64,000 nucleotides of DNA from Octopus sinensis (lineage: Eukaryota): contig NW_021833452.1 in the NCBI RefSeq assembly GCF_006345805.1, forward strand, positions 1 to 64,000, read 5' to 3'. Positions 1-12,119 of the stretch are shown in pieces. The notes under the pieces are model-generated. The model did not search any database, had not been told where the DNA came from, and saw only the letters and a program-made list of their open reading frames with translations. Position numbers and translations under genes: made by a program. How positions within the stretch are numbered: the first letter of the stretch is position 1; each line of letters starts with the position of its first letter.

Positions 1-936
1 ATCTGCCTAAACAACAACAACAATAACAATAACTGACTTTCCATAAACAGTAAGAATGAAAAACAAACAAAATCATAATTCTCTTGCTTCCAACCCGTGC
101 TAGCACGGAAGACGGACGTTAAACGATGACGATGATAATTACACTTAACCCATGGCCTGCCATGAGCCCCATTTGAGGATCTGATAAAAATAGTTTCACT
201 GCCGGTTGTTCGCTGTATTTTAAGTGAATTGCTTGCTTACATTGCATTTGTAGAGGTGTGTTTAACAATATTTAGTAATTAAATTTTGTCATTATTAACT
301 CTGGCTAATTCTAGCGGACATTTATATCATAAATCGCAATTTTTGAACTATAAAAATATTGACTGTTTTGAAAAGTTCTTTCTTTTTTTTCTTGCATTTC
401 CCTTCTATATCATTCATTGATATTTCATACACATTCGCATTTGATACTATAATTTCGGAAAAACTAAAATCTTTATTATTGCAATTGAATAGAAGAGGAT
501 AAATATGTTTTTTTCTCAGCGATCCCCATTTGGGACTTTTCGAAAAAATCATCATAATTTCCAAAATAATTCACATATGAAGAAAATTTAAATGCTATAT
601 ATGATTTTTAACTCCTGAGACACCAGGCAAAGCCAAAAAGTATGAATAAAAATTTGGAAGTTAAGTGTTAAACAGCATTATTAGTTTCATGATCAAATGA
701 CAGAATGAACTCTATTGTGTCTTCTAATTTAAACATTATTACCAACAGTGCTATCCTCAATGGTTATTCCATAAACTTTCAATAATATCGATATCTTTAA
801 TAGAACTATTATTACAGTTAATCTTTTAATCGTAAAGTCGGAATGTAACCTGTTTTCAGTTATTCTTTGAAGCACAATATGACCAGGGGAAGTAAAACTT
901 ATAGAAATCAATTGGCAACTGTTATTTTATACTCAC

Positions 937-985
937 CAATTTCCTGAGATGCAACCTCTGTTTGTACACACTTGTCTTCAGACTT
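937..985 (-). pseudogene. Mini-exon paralog lacking its splice acceptor (KSEDKCVQTEVASQEI)
   Basis: Aligns with 1760-1837; GTGAGT donor intact, but about 26 nt covering the acceptor are deleted relative to that copy. Confidence 0.7.
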
Positions 986-1099
986 TGTTTTAGAATTAAT
1001 AATAGAATTTCTTTATCGTTATTTTAAATAAACTCTTTCTTGTTGTTGTGAGACATTCAATTCCTTTGAGTCAAGTAAAACCAAAAACCAAATCAAAAT

Positions 1100-1475
1100 C
1101 AAATCAAGATCGAAATCAAAATGGAAATTGTAATAATGGCCGATGCCAGTGCCGCCTGACTGACACCCGTGCCGTTGGCACGTAATAAGTACCATTCAAG
1201 CGTGGTTTGTTACCAGTTCCGGCTGACTGGTTCCCTGTGCCGGTGGCACGTAAAAAGCACCATCCAAACGTGGTCAATGCCAGCTCCCACCTCAACTGGC
1301 TCCTGTTTTGGTGGCACGTAAAATGCACCCACCACACTCTCGGAGTGGTTGGCATTAGGAATGGCATACATATGTGGAAACCTTGCCAGATCACATTGGA
1401 GCCTGGCGCAGCCTACTGCTTTGCCAGTGAAATCGTCCGACCCATGCTACTATAAAAACGGACGTTAAACGATGG

Positions 1476-1508
<33 letters not shown>
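1100..1508 (+). mobile_element. SINE body/3' tail ending GGACGTTAAACGATG(ATG)n
   Basis: The same tail recurs at 85-135 and 51365-51612. Confidence 0.7.
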
Positions 1509-1759
1509 GTTCCATGACCAAATGACAAAATTAACTCTATTGTGTCTTCTAAATTGAACATTATTACCAACAGCATTAACGTCAATGGGAATTTCATAAA
1601 CTCTCAGTAAATCGATATATTTAATTCAATTATTATACAGATAATCGTTCAATTGGAAAATAGGAATGGAAGCTGTGTTCAGTTATTCTTTCGAGCACAA
1701 TATACTCGGGGGAAGAAAACCTTACAGAAATCTATTGGGAACTATTATTTTATACTCAC

Positions 1760-1837
1760 CAATTGCCTGAGATGCAGCCCCTAATTCCTGACATGTAGCC
1801 TCTGTTTTTACACACCTGTCCTCAAACTTTGGAGCCT
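1760..1837 (-). CDS. ANK-RING gene 78-nt phase 1-1 mini-exon (KAPKFEDRCVKTEATCQELGAASQAI)
   Basis: TTTCAG acceptor, GTGAGT donor, in frame; contains an internal 21-nt duplication. Confidence 0.75.
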
Positions 1838-2067
1838 CTGAAATAAATATTTCCAAGTTTTACATTTAATAATAAACTTTCTTTATCTATATTTTTATTA
1901 AACTCTATCTTGTTATTGTGAGACATTCAATTCCTGTCGTTACTGGTCAAATGTTGACCATTATGGTTTTGGTCAATATTTCTGTACTTTCTACAGTGGT
2001 CCCATGTAATAGCTCAATATGTCCACAATAAAAAAGACTAACATTCCTAAATCCACCCTCTGCCTCT

Positions 2068-2117
<50 letters not shown>

Positions 2118-3531
2118 AAAACATTAAATATTCTAACAATGTTGCAATTATCTCATTTAATTAACACTTGATGACAGTTTCGCTTAGTTTTGTCTTTCTT
2201 TTCTTATAACAGTGCCAAATCTATGGCATGGCACAGTCCTCTCATCTCTAGAGTTCACTAATCAACTCTCTAATTAAGTAAAACTGAGGCCATAAAGATG
2301 TCCTTTATGTGCATACCCTCCACCCCGCACACAATCTGTCCACTAAAAATCATCTCCACAAGCCAAATTCCATACACCCTTCCCCAACAAGATCCCTAAC
2401 AAGATATTTAAGGTGAAGGTACACGATGTCCCTATGACAAAATAAGTTTACATTTCATACATACAAATGTAAGAGAGTTAATGAATTATAGCTTATTAAT
2501 TATCATGATAATTGGGTATATATGTGATACAATGGCACTGTGCTTGACGGTGCAATACTAGATATCAATATAGATTGTAAATAATCTGTGTAAAGAACAT
2601 ATAACCTTCATTACAATGAATATGATTGTGTCTCAGCACAGCTAATATTATAGTAGTTCCATGAGCAAACGAAGAAAGATATAACCAAGTCCACTGCCAA
2701 GTACTTATGATTAATTCATTTCCTGGTCAAATAACAATGATTAACTTTCATTAAATAATTTGAACGCAACAATCAAGACCAAAGGATGAAACACTCAGAA
2801 AACTGTGCCTCTTTTAGCATTAATATCATCTAAAATCTAACAAGTGTGAGAAAAAGAATGACTATATGGATGGTAAATGTTGTTCAAACAATGTAATAAG
2901 TGTATATTATATATAGTTACAAACAAGGATTTGTGAGAACAAGTCACACAGGGAACTCATATTTTATTCCTATCTTTATATTTTATGTCAACACCAATGT
3001 TTTGTTTAAATGTAAACAGATGTTCACCGTTCAATACTAAATTTAATATTTAATCAACGTTAATGATCATTATACTTAAACTCTTAGAGATTTGATTTTT
3101 AATTCTTTTGATTTATAACAAAGATATTCTGACCTGAGACATTCAGGGTACGTACCTAAACAACATATCATGACAGACATCTGGCTACATAACAACAACA
3201 ACAACAATAACCTATCAGAAAACTTAGGAAAGACCTTAGTAGCAAAAGAAACAAAAACTTTCTCGTTAACTCAACTGTTTACAAATAAACAACAAAATAT
3301 TTTATTTCTCTGTCCTAAAAGACATCATTAACTCTATTGTGTCTTCTTATTTATCCATTTTACCAACCACATTAACCTCGATTAAAGGAAATTTCAGTGG
3401 AATATTTAATAGAATCATTTTAGACCTAATCTTACAAATAGAAATTAAGAACGGAACTTGTTCTCGATCAGCCTGACAAGTAAAATCACTCGGGCGAAGA
3501 TAAATGCTATAGAAATCTAAAGTACTTTTGT

Positions 3532-3838
3532 GGAGGCACAACGGCTCAGTGGTTAGGGCAGTGGACTTGCGGTTGTAGGATCGCGGTTTCGATTCCCAGA
3601 CCGGACGTCGTGAGTGTTTATTGAGTGAAAACTCCTAAAGTTCCACGTGGCTCCGGCCGGGGTGGGTTGTAGCGATCCCTGCTGTTCACTTTCTCCACAA
3701 CATTCTCTCACTCTTTCTTCTGCTCGCTTAGCCAGCGAGGTGGCGTCATTTGAAGGCTAAAATAATGCGAAGCGCATTGTAGCCAGCGATGTGTAGCAAC
3801 ATCTGATAGCCTGGTCGGTCACAGTAATAACGGTGATA
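3532..3838 (+). mobile_element. tRNA-derived SINE, family A
   Basis: A/B-box-like head (GGCTCAGTGGTTAGG, GTTTCGATTCC); other copies at 11045-11155 (+, truncated) and 36075-36386 (-). Confidence 0.85.
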
Positions 3839-3889
3839 AGGTACTGTTAATTTATAGAAATCTATAAGGTACTTTTAACTTATACTCAC

Positions 3890-3940
3890 TAACTGCCCCT
3901 GCCATCATCTTGGCTTCTTTCTCTTTAAAATTTGGACTCC
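3890..3940 (-). CDS. ANK-RING gene 51-nt phase 1-1 mini-exon (GSPNFKEKEAKMMAGAV)
   Basis: CTCAG acceptor, GTGAGT donor, in frame after the RING exon; flanks homologous to the other mini-exon copies. Confidence 0.7.
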
Positions 3941-5252
3941 CTGAGATATGTGTTTTCAAGTTTTATACTTTATAGAAAAATCTTAATAATCTATATTATT
4001 GTGAGCCATTCCTATCATAAATGAACAACCGGTAACCATTATGGTTTTGGAAGTCAGATTCAACGGTGTTACCATTTAATAGGTCAATATGTAGGTGCAC
4101 AACAAAATAACCTTCTAACCTTCTTAACTCTTAAATCTCTAATCTTCTTAAATCTCCGCTGCCTATTAAGACATCCTACGTAATCTAACAATGACCAACT
4201 TGGTTGACATTAGAATCCAGAAGAAGATAGGAAAATGTTGGTTTGGGAAGTCTAGAGGTGAGAGAACGACGCCATGTCATAGATCTGGCACAGATATAAG
4301 AAACGAAAGAGAAAACGTAGAGATTAACAGTGATATCAATGGAAAATTAGATGAGTAGTTGTGTGTTCGAGTCTGATATTTCAAAAGCTGAATCGAAGTT
4401 CCAGCAGCAGAATTGGGTATTATCACCCTTACAAGACAGAACAAAATAGCCATTCGATAAAAGTAATTTAACGATCAATATTCTGATACAGAGTTAATAT
4501 TCAATTTTGTTTTATTTACTTTCTAGAGTATATATTCGAAGTTGAGACCTTTATTGTATATACCGTAAGAGATGATATCTCATATCAAGCAATTATTTGA
4601 GATCTTTTATCAGATGATAGACCATTACGTATTTCCGGAGGACAACTTTATAAAATATCCATGTCATTTTTTACAAGTTGCCAGTATTTACACCTACACA
4701 GAACAACCGATTTAACCGTCAGACTTTCTAATGTTGGTTCTCTAACTCTCAGCTGAGATTTTATGATCAAATATCTTACTTCAGCAAAGCTCGAAATGAT
4801 GTTCTTGGGAATATCTTTGTCTTTAATCATCACCTTCCCTAGATACTGATAAATCATTAATCAACTTTGATGACTCACAATCAATTGTTAGAAATTGGTG
4901 TTTACTGATATAAAAACGGATGTACTGATATTTCAGTTAGTTGCAAGTTATCTTGCTGTATCATTCATTAGTCTTGTGCTGCAGCATGATTCATTAGTCT
5001 TGTGCTGCAGACAGGATCCTCTTGAAATGTGACAAGTCTTCTATTTGGATAAAGACAATGTTTAGTGAATATAGTAAAAGAAACACTATCAGAGAGAAAT
5101 GACACCTGGAACATCTTTCAGCATAAATCTGCCAGATTATGGCAGATCTGGGTTTACACGACAATTCTGAAGCACATTAAATACCATATATACGTATTAT
5201 ATATCATAAAGTCAATGAGACAAACAGACATATTATCAAATAGTTTTCTTAC

Positions 5253-5392
5253 CAAAGCCATCTAAACCTCTTATTGGTCGCTGACAAGTGGAACATGATT
5301 CACACTTAATTTTCCCATAACATTCTCGACACAGGACGGTATGTCCGCAGGGTTTGAATTCTGCAGAGGCTCTAACTCGACAATACGTACAT
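5253..5392 (-). CDS. ANK-RING gene exon 8, C3HC4 RING finger (CTYC..PCGH..LCREC..CSTC)
   Basis: CCACAG acceptor; GTAAG donor at 5252 (phase 2-1); read-through would stop at 5236 (GKKTI*). Confidence 0.93.
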
Positions 5393-6038
5393 CTGTGGAA
5401 CAAAATACAAACACATCCCGACAATAATTTTCATTTATAATAAAGATTACATTGTGTACCAGTTCAGAGTAGAGAATATTACGAGACATTACAATGATGA
5501 GTAAGACTACATTAGAAAGATTTCTTTTAACAATTACATTCAGATTTTTGTGTATACGAACAATGAACACATGCAAATGCACACACACGCACACCACACA
5601 CACACACACACACCACACACACACACACACACACAACACACACACACACACACACATGCGCATACAAAAAATATAAACAGTGCAACACCCATGACTTTCA
5701 GAAATATTTTCCCCTGCTCACAATCGTTAGCTGTCAGGACACCGAATGCTTCAGAACATTCCCTACTTCTTCAAATTCCCCAAAACTACACCTGATCTAC
5801 CTATGTACCTTTTTCCACTTTATTACTCTTTAACTTTTCTCTTTTCTGTCATTCTCTTTCATTCTTCGTATTTTGCATGATCCAGCTTTCACTGCTGTCT
5901 TTACTTGACTAACTGCTGCTTCTTGTCCCCTCTTTAAAGCCTTTTCCAGTTAGTTGTAGTAGACCTGTGCTCTAAACATGATTACATGCAAAATAGAAAA
6001 CATAAAGGTTTATCTTGCCATTGTCAGGAAATACTTAC

Positions 6039-6214
6039 GGTGGTGGTAAAAAGGTTTTTAATTCTTCTTTCAAATTTGTGTCCTGAATAAGGTCCAGCGG
6101 AATCACATTCTTTCCATTTGGGTGGTAAAAGTTGGCTCCAAAATGAAATAGGTATGTAGCAACTACAGTGCTACAAGTCCTATTTCCCTGGGTCAGAGAG
6201 AGCTTAAAGGCATA
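6039..6214 (-). CDS. ANK-RING gene exon 7 (YAFKLSLTQGNRTCSTVVATYLFHFGANFYHPNGKNVIPLDLIQDTNLKEELKTFLPPP)
   Basis: TTTGTAG acceptor, GTAAG donor, phase 0-2; degenerate terminal ankyrin repeat (GA.F...N.....PLDL). Confidence 0.88.
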
Positions 6215-6664
6215 CTACAAATGATTAAACAATGGTAAGTTCAATAATACACAAATATATATTATAGATACAAAAAAATCATAGCTTCATGTCAAATATA
6301 AGAAATATAATGGAACAAATATCACAATAATAAAATACAAAACAGATCAACAAGAATCTATTTATAAAACTAGCTTGGTAAAACCGACTGGTCATACCAA
6401 AAGAAATACTTATAGAAGCATGATGAGATACATTTGGTGTGTTATAAATACATATAACGCAAAAACAATGATAATAATATAAGTTATATCAGAAAAGAAA
6501 ACACCTACAAAATAGCAAGTTCTTCAAACATAACAAAATCAATATCATACAGACATATCCAAAACATATCAATAATTTATCCATAATTAATCCTTTCTAT
6601 TGAAGGAACAAATCCTGAAGTGTGATAGAGAGCTGTTTCATTAATGGGACTATGCGATTACATG

Positions 6665-6802
6665 AATTTATCGACCCCGAAAGGTTGAAAGGTAAAATCG
6701 ATTTCGGCGGAATTTGAACTCAGTACGTAGAGACGGACGAAATACCGCTAAGCATTTCTCCATCACCCTGCATTCTAGCGATTGTGCCAGCTCACCGCCT
6801 TT
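6665..6802 (-). mobile_element. SINE family C fragment
   Basis: GAGTTCAAATTCCGCCGA...TTTCGGGGTCGATAAA core also seen at 15495, 28300, 44040-44580, 52095 and 53915. Confidence 0.75.
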
Positions 6803-7724
6803 TAATATTTCAGAATAAATAAATATCTTTAGACAATGAAGGTGAAGTAAAGGAAGTAAGAATTGGTGTCACGAGTGAGGCAGCACACCAACACATTTTA
6901 GTTAGTAAATTGTTCATACTGTTAGTCTGATAGAGAATTCTGGTCGTGTGGGGAACTGCCAGGGAGGATTCGTCCCACCAAAATAGACATTACTACAATT
7001 TACAGACTGCCATCAACTGTCTGAAATATCGTCACACATCTGCAGTGACTTTTCTTTATATGAGAATCAATGCATTGCTTAAATTCTGCAACAGTTGACA
7101 ATAATTGCCATTAGATCTACCCATGGAAAGATGTTGCTACCTTTGTATTTGTATATGTGTAATTGTATATACAAAATGTATGAACAGGAAAACGCAATCG
7201 GGACCTTGCTTCATTCTATCTGTTCTCTAGTGTTCTAAGCTTCAACGGTCTTATGACATTTCCACATATAAGGTATGAAAGAAGTGGTGTGATAGAGAGC
7301 TGTTTCATTATGAATTCCTCGTAGAATAGACTGGTTCTTTTTATCATGGTGTCAGCGGTATAAAGGTTATGTCAGACAGATCTCTCTTCTACCCTGTATC
7401 ATTGTTATTTAGGAATAATGTCTCCTCTCCTTACTACGTCACTTCTCCTTCACACTGGGATGACTGTGTTTCTATGGCCGACATACAAGATGGGTTGCCT
7501 ACTTTACGGTGGGGGCACAATAGCATTTGAGGGTGAAACGTGATGTAATATTGTTTGTTACATAATATAAGAATATGGTGTAAGACCGGATCATGAAATA
7601 GTAACGGAAGAGGTGGGTTGGGTGGTGCGAATTGATACATGACAAGCAATGTCTCTCTTTCCCCACTCTCCTTCACACACACACACACACAAATATACAT
7701 ATTACTCACAATTATAAAACTTAC

Positions 7725-7934
7725 CTTATCTAAAAGAGCAATGTGCTCCTCCTCAGAATGGAATACATCATTTTGCAGTGCGAGGTGAAGGCAATTGTTG
7801 CCTTCATTGTTGACTGCATTTACCTTCGCACCCTTGTCTAACAACTTTTTTATTATACCAAGGTGACCCCACTCGACGGCTTGAAGGAATGGTGTCATTT
7901 TGTGTTTGCCCTCCATATGGAATTTCACTGAATC
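7725..7934 (-). CDS. ANK-RING gene exon 6 (DSVKFHMEGKHKMTPFLQAVEWGHLGIIKKLLDKGAKVNAVNNEGNNCLHLALQNDVFHSEEEHIALLDK)
   Basis: TAG acceptor, GTAAG donor, phase 0-0, two ankyrin repeats; overlaps ORF 7434..7928. Confidence 0.93.
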
Positions 7935-8767
7935 CTATGTGGAGGTAATAATACAAAATGAAAATTTACATGAAAATCAGGGTGGATATCAATGTATCCT
8001 TTCTGTCAAGGTTCCTCTATAACTTGCTATGTGTATGTGTCAGAGGCATAATAAACCTATTACGCTGTCATAAACTTCTTGTTTCAGTCTAATCTATCTT
8101 TATCTATCATTATAGTAAATTTTAGGAGAGATGAACAAGGGTGCACATATGATTGGCAGATCAAGTCTATTAAGGAGAATTATAATTTCTAATGTTTACT
8201 TTTGATGTTGCTATATTAATAAGGGGTTCATAAAACTGCTGATGGGATACTGTGCAACAGATTGTGTTACATCTTCCGGTGCAGCTGCATGTCATCGAGT
8301 GTCTTCTTTTAAAGATGTTATCTCGCTAAATATCTTCGGCTTCGTTTGGCATGTTGTTGTTGTCAGGTGGTTCTTGGATATAGTATTATAGTCAACAAAC
8401 TCCTGGCAACAGCATGCCAAGCTAAAATGCGTATATATATCGCGAGGTATCTTCTTTAAAACAAGATGAGATGCATCTCTACCGGAGGATGCAACACAAC
8501 CAGTTATACAATATTCTATCTGCAAGGGACCGATACAAGATCGGTTGAAGCGTTAGTTGTGATGAATAAACATTCTCGTTAACTCCATTTTCTGCTTCCC
8601 TCATTCATTATAAATTGAATGAACACTGTAGAATACATGAGGTAGATCCAGTGACACTTGTAGCACACCTGTGGATGACATGAGGTAGCCTAAACAGCGA
8701 AAGAGCTTTAAGGGGTATACTACTAAACGTATAACCAAATTCCAAATACGTATATGTATAAATCTAT

Positions 8768-10990
8768 CTGTCTACATACTACTAAAACTCTGTGATTGAT
8801 TGCTTGCTTGTCTGTTATCTAAATACAGCCAAAGCGGTGCATAATGGGAAAATACTCTGAAAGTAAAGAACCCTTGAAATGTGAATACAAACGGAATAAA
8901 ACAAGTTTCGTGTATATCGGAGTACGTCTTTTCAAGTTACACGTACTTTTGGGGGTTTGTTGCCACAAATTTAAGCTGTAAAACCTGGATGTACTGCACT
9001 TTACTGTGAGCACCGGATAGGTTTTTGCTGGCATATCTACAGATCTGTACATTACCGATTTTGTTGCCTCATAACTTCCAGAAGAATGGATACACTTTAA
9101 CATAAAAATGGATACTCTTATGTGCTGTGGATTTAGAGTATATAGGGATTTATAGAAAATAATTTTTCCAATGTGGTGGGGAGAGAAGTTTTCTAAAATT
9201 CATCTGATCCGAATTTTTTCCTCGTAACTTTCAGGAAAATTTATTTATTTTAATGAAATTTTATACAAATACCGTTTAAACGGGATAGATTATGATTATA
9301 AATTTGAGGGGAAACTTTTTCCAAGGTGGTGACGAGAGTAGTTACGAAAGAACAGTTTCGTATCAGGAAGACATAAGAAGTTGGAACGACTCTGTTTTCA
9401 CGTGGATTTTCCCCATTTTTATTTCACCACAGCCTTCGAAATTATGAGGGCCATCTTGTTTGGAAAAGAAGTGTTGAAATCTTTTGGAAATTCCTCAACA
9501 TCCCACTCCGGACCGATTTTTGCCATTTTTTTTTAAATTTAGAAACCATGGGAGAAGCCTTTTCGGTAAAAAAAAAATGTAAATATTTTCAGAGGGAAAA
9601 CTGTACGATTCAATGGAGATTTGGCTGTTGTTTCCAGCACATCCTAATCCCCCATCCGTTTTCACTCTCACATTTATGTTTTCTCAATAATTTTTTCCCA
9701 TTAAAACTTTTATGGAATGATGTTGCCGAAGTAACATACATGTCGTCTGTTGATGGGATACAGGAACAACAAAATATTGTAATGTTAATTTTTACCCCCA
9801 CCTCAATCAGATGAAGCCGTGTGCATGTAAGAAAAATACATTTTCTAACAGAAAAGTAGGCGTGGTTCGTTGGTGAAATATAAGCAACTAAAACTTTGTA
9901 ATTTTGTTTCTTGTCCCCACCTGTGTGTAAGAAAAATATTTTCTAACTGAAAAGTATGCTATTAAAATGAATTATCGTTTACAGAGAACTGTTTTATAAT
10001 CACTATGGATAAATGCCAGCAATGACCTTCTCAGGTTCTCCAATATTTTAATTTATAAATAGAGACAATCCGGGTAGGAAGAGGGTTTTTTTTTAAAATC
10101 ATAATGTTTCGAATTTTTTATAGCATATAAATGTATTTATAGCGGGAAGGATATAGAAAAGCATCAATTCATTCGAGAGTGAGAAAGAAAATAGCAGGGC
10201 TGTTTCGGGATGTGCTAGAAGCAACTGTCAAATATCTCTTAACTCACTCACTTTTCCTCTGAATTTTTTCAATTTCGTTTTTACCAAAAAGTTCCTCCCA
10301 TTATTTTGAAGTGCCAAAAAATTAGCTAAAATCGGTTGGAGTGGGATGAAAAAAGCTGGGGTGTATAAAACATTTTCTAAACATTTTTTCATAAAAAATG
10401 TTCCTCGCCCACATTTGCTAAGAGGTTTATGTTGAAAATTTGTTTAGTTTCGCCAGTTTTGTTTGTGTACATGCGTGCGTAATTGTCTGTTATTTAATAG
10501 TCAGACCGGTGCATAATAGGAAAATGCTCTGAAAGTAAGGTACACCTGAAATGTGAATACAAACGAAAAAAAAACAAGTTTCGCATAAATCGGACCTCGG
10601 ATTCTCGAGATAGGCGGTTATTGGGGGTACCATCATAATTAGCCAAAACAGAGCATAACGGGAAAATACTCCGAAAGTAACATAACCCTAAAATGGGAAA
10701 ATATTTCCCTTTAATTTTATATACACGTTATTTAAAAATTCCTTTTGCATTTTTGAGGACGTGTGCACATATACCAGAAATAAATGCTGTTACTAGAATT
10801 CGAATTTACCCTGAAAGTTCTATTTCTAAAATCTAAACCATGAAGTTGTAAACCACACCTTTCATGACACGTACAAATTGAAATATTTAACTGAATCATC
10901 ATAAAATTAACTTTCATTTTATTTAATGTTGAAATGAGATTCAATATTTTATAACCTGGACCGTCAGTGACCATACGGGTTACGGGCAAT
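8768..10990 (+). mobile_element. Probable non-autonomous Helitron (composite)
   Basis: 5' TCTACATACTACTAAAAC; internal repeat 8830-8925 similar to 10505-10600; 3' CCGT...ACGG hairpin near 10961-10979 with a degenerate end. Confidence 0.5.
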
Positions 10991-10997
10991 ATATATG

Positions 10998-11031
<34 letters not shown>

Positions 11032-11180
11032 ATATATATATATTGGCCTGCTCGCTTAGCTAGCGGGGTGGCTTCATTTGAAGGCTAAAACAATGCGAAG
11101 CGCATTGTCACCAGCGATGTGTAGCAACGTCTGATAGCCTGGTCGATCACGTGATATATATACATATATAAGTATGCATA

Positions 11181-11248
<68 letters not shown>

Positions 11249-11258
11249 CATATGCATA

Positions 11259-11294
<36 letters not shown>

Positions 11295-11312
11295 AATGCA
11301 TATATATATATG

Positions 11313-11346
<34 letters not shown>

Positions 11347-11366
11347 AGAATGCATATATATATATG

Positions 11367-11397
<31 letters not shown>

Positions 11398-11405
11398 AAG
11401 AATGC

Positions 11406-11459
<54 letters not shown>

Positions 11460-11465
11460 TATATA

Positions 11466-12020
11466 TACAAAATAAGAAAATGGAGAAATACATCTAAATC
11501 AAATATCAATTACCAGATAATACCCAATCACATACTTTATTAAACCACCACATAAGAAACTTTAAGAACAAACATAATACTATAGAACAAAACAGTGTAC
11601 ATAAAGGAGTGTACATAAAGGAGTAATTTGATACAATAAGTACAATATGTATAAGAAAATATAAATATAAATAAATATAAATATAAATATAGACTACATC
11701 TTACAGCTGTTTCGGCCATGCAGATAGGTATGTCTCATTTTAATTATATTAGCCATTTATGGTAGGTTAATATGTAGTTATAAATGAGACATTTACAAAA
11801 ATATCCTAAGGCCTCTTCAGAGATTATGAAATATAAATCAGATTACATATACATTTATATAGGTGTGGGTACATACCCATAATAAATCATATACATATGA
11901 GTGCATATACTCATACCCCTACACACATACATATACATATACATAATAATATAAATAATATAAATTAATAAACATACATATGTTCCACACTGAACGTTAG
12001 AGTTTTCCAACTTAATATTG
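11466..12020 (-). mobile_element. Penelope-like terminal-repeat fragment inserted in (TA)n
   Basis: AT-rich segment bounded by TA microsatellites and carrying a hammerhead motif. Confidence 0.55.
11698..11824 (-). ncRNA. Type I hammerhead ribozyme motif, canonical core
   Basis: Minus strand reads AUCU-CUGAAGA-GGCC-(long hairpin)-GGCC-GAAAC-AGCU-GUA-AGAU: stems I and II pair, palindromic stem III, GUA cleavage triplet. Confidence 0.85.
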
Positions 12021-12119
12021 TGATATATATATATATATATATATATTATTTTTTTATTTTATCTTGTTTCAGATCACGAGCTGTGGCCATGCTGGGGCAC
12101 TACAGTTCGATATTAAAGA

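Larger units (their letters stand above)
683..4160. repeat. Three diverged tandem exon+intron units (about 683-1065, 1508-2065, 3325-4160)
   Basis: Shared landmarks AACTCTATTGTGTCTTCT, TATACTCAC and TTGTGAG(A/C)CATT recur in the same order in each unit. Confidence 0.85.

Noticed and set aside
3532-3605. tRNA-like sequences (also at 36315-36386, 38761 and 42963)
   Set aside because: SINE heads followed by SINE bodies, with no intact cloverleaf or terminator
4200-4900. Possible extra exon or retroelement remnant (IYQYLGK ORF)
   Set aside because: No convincing splice sites or phase need; too decayed to classify
7434-7724. C-terminal extension of the 164-aa ankyrin ORF
   Set aside because: Lies past a GTAAG donor and runs through a (TG)n intron repeat
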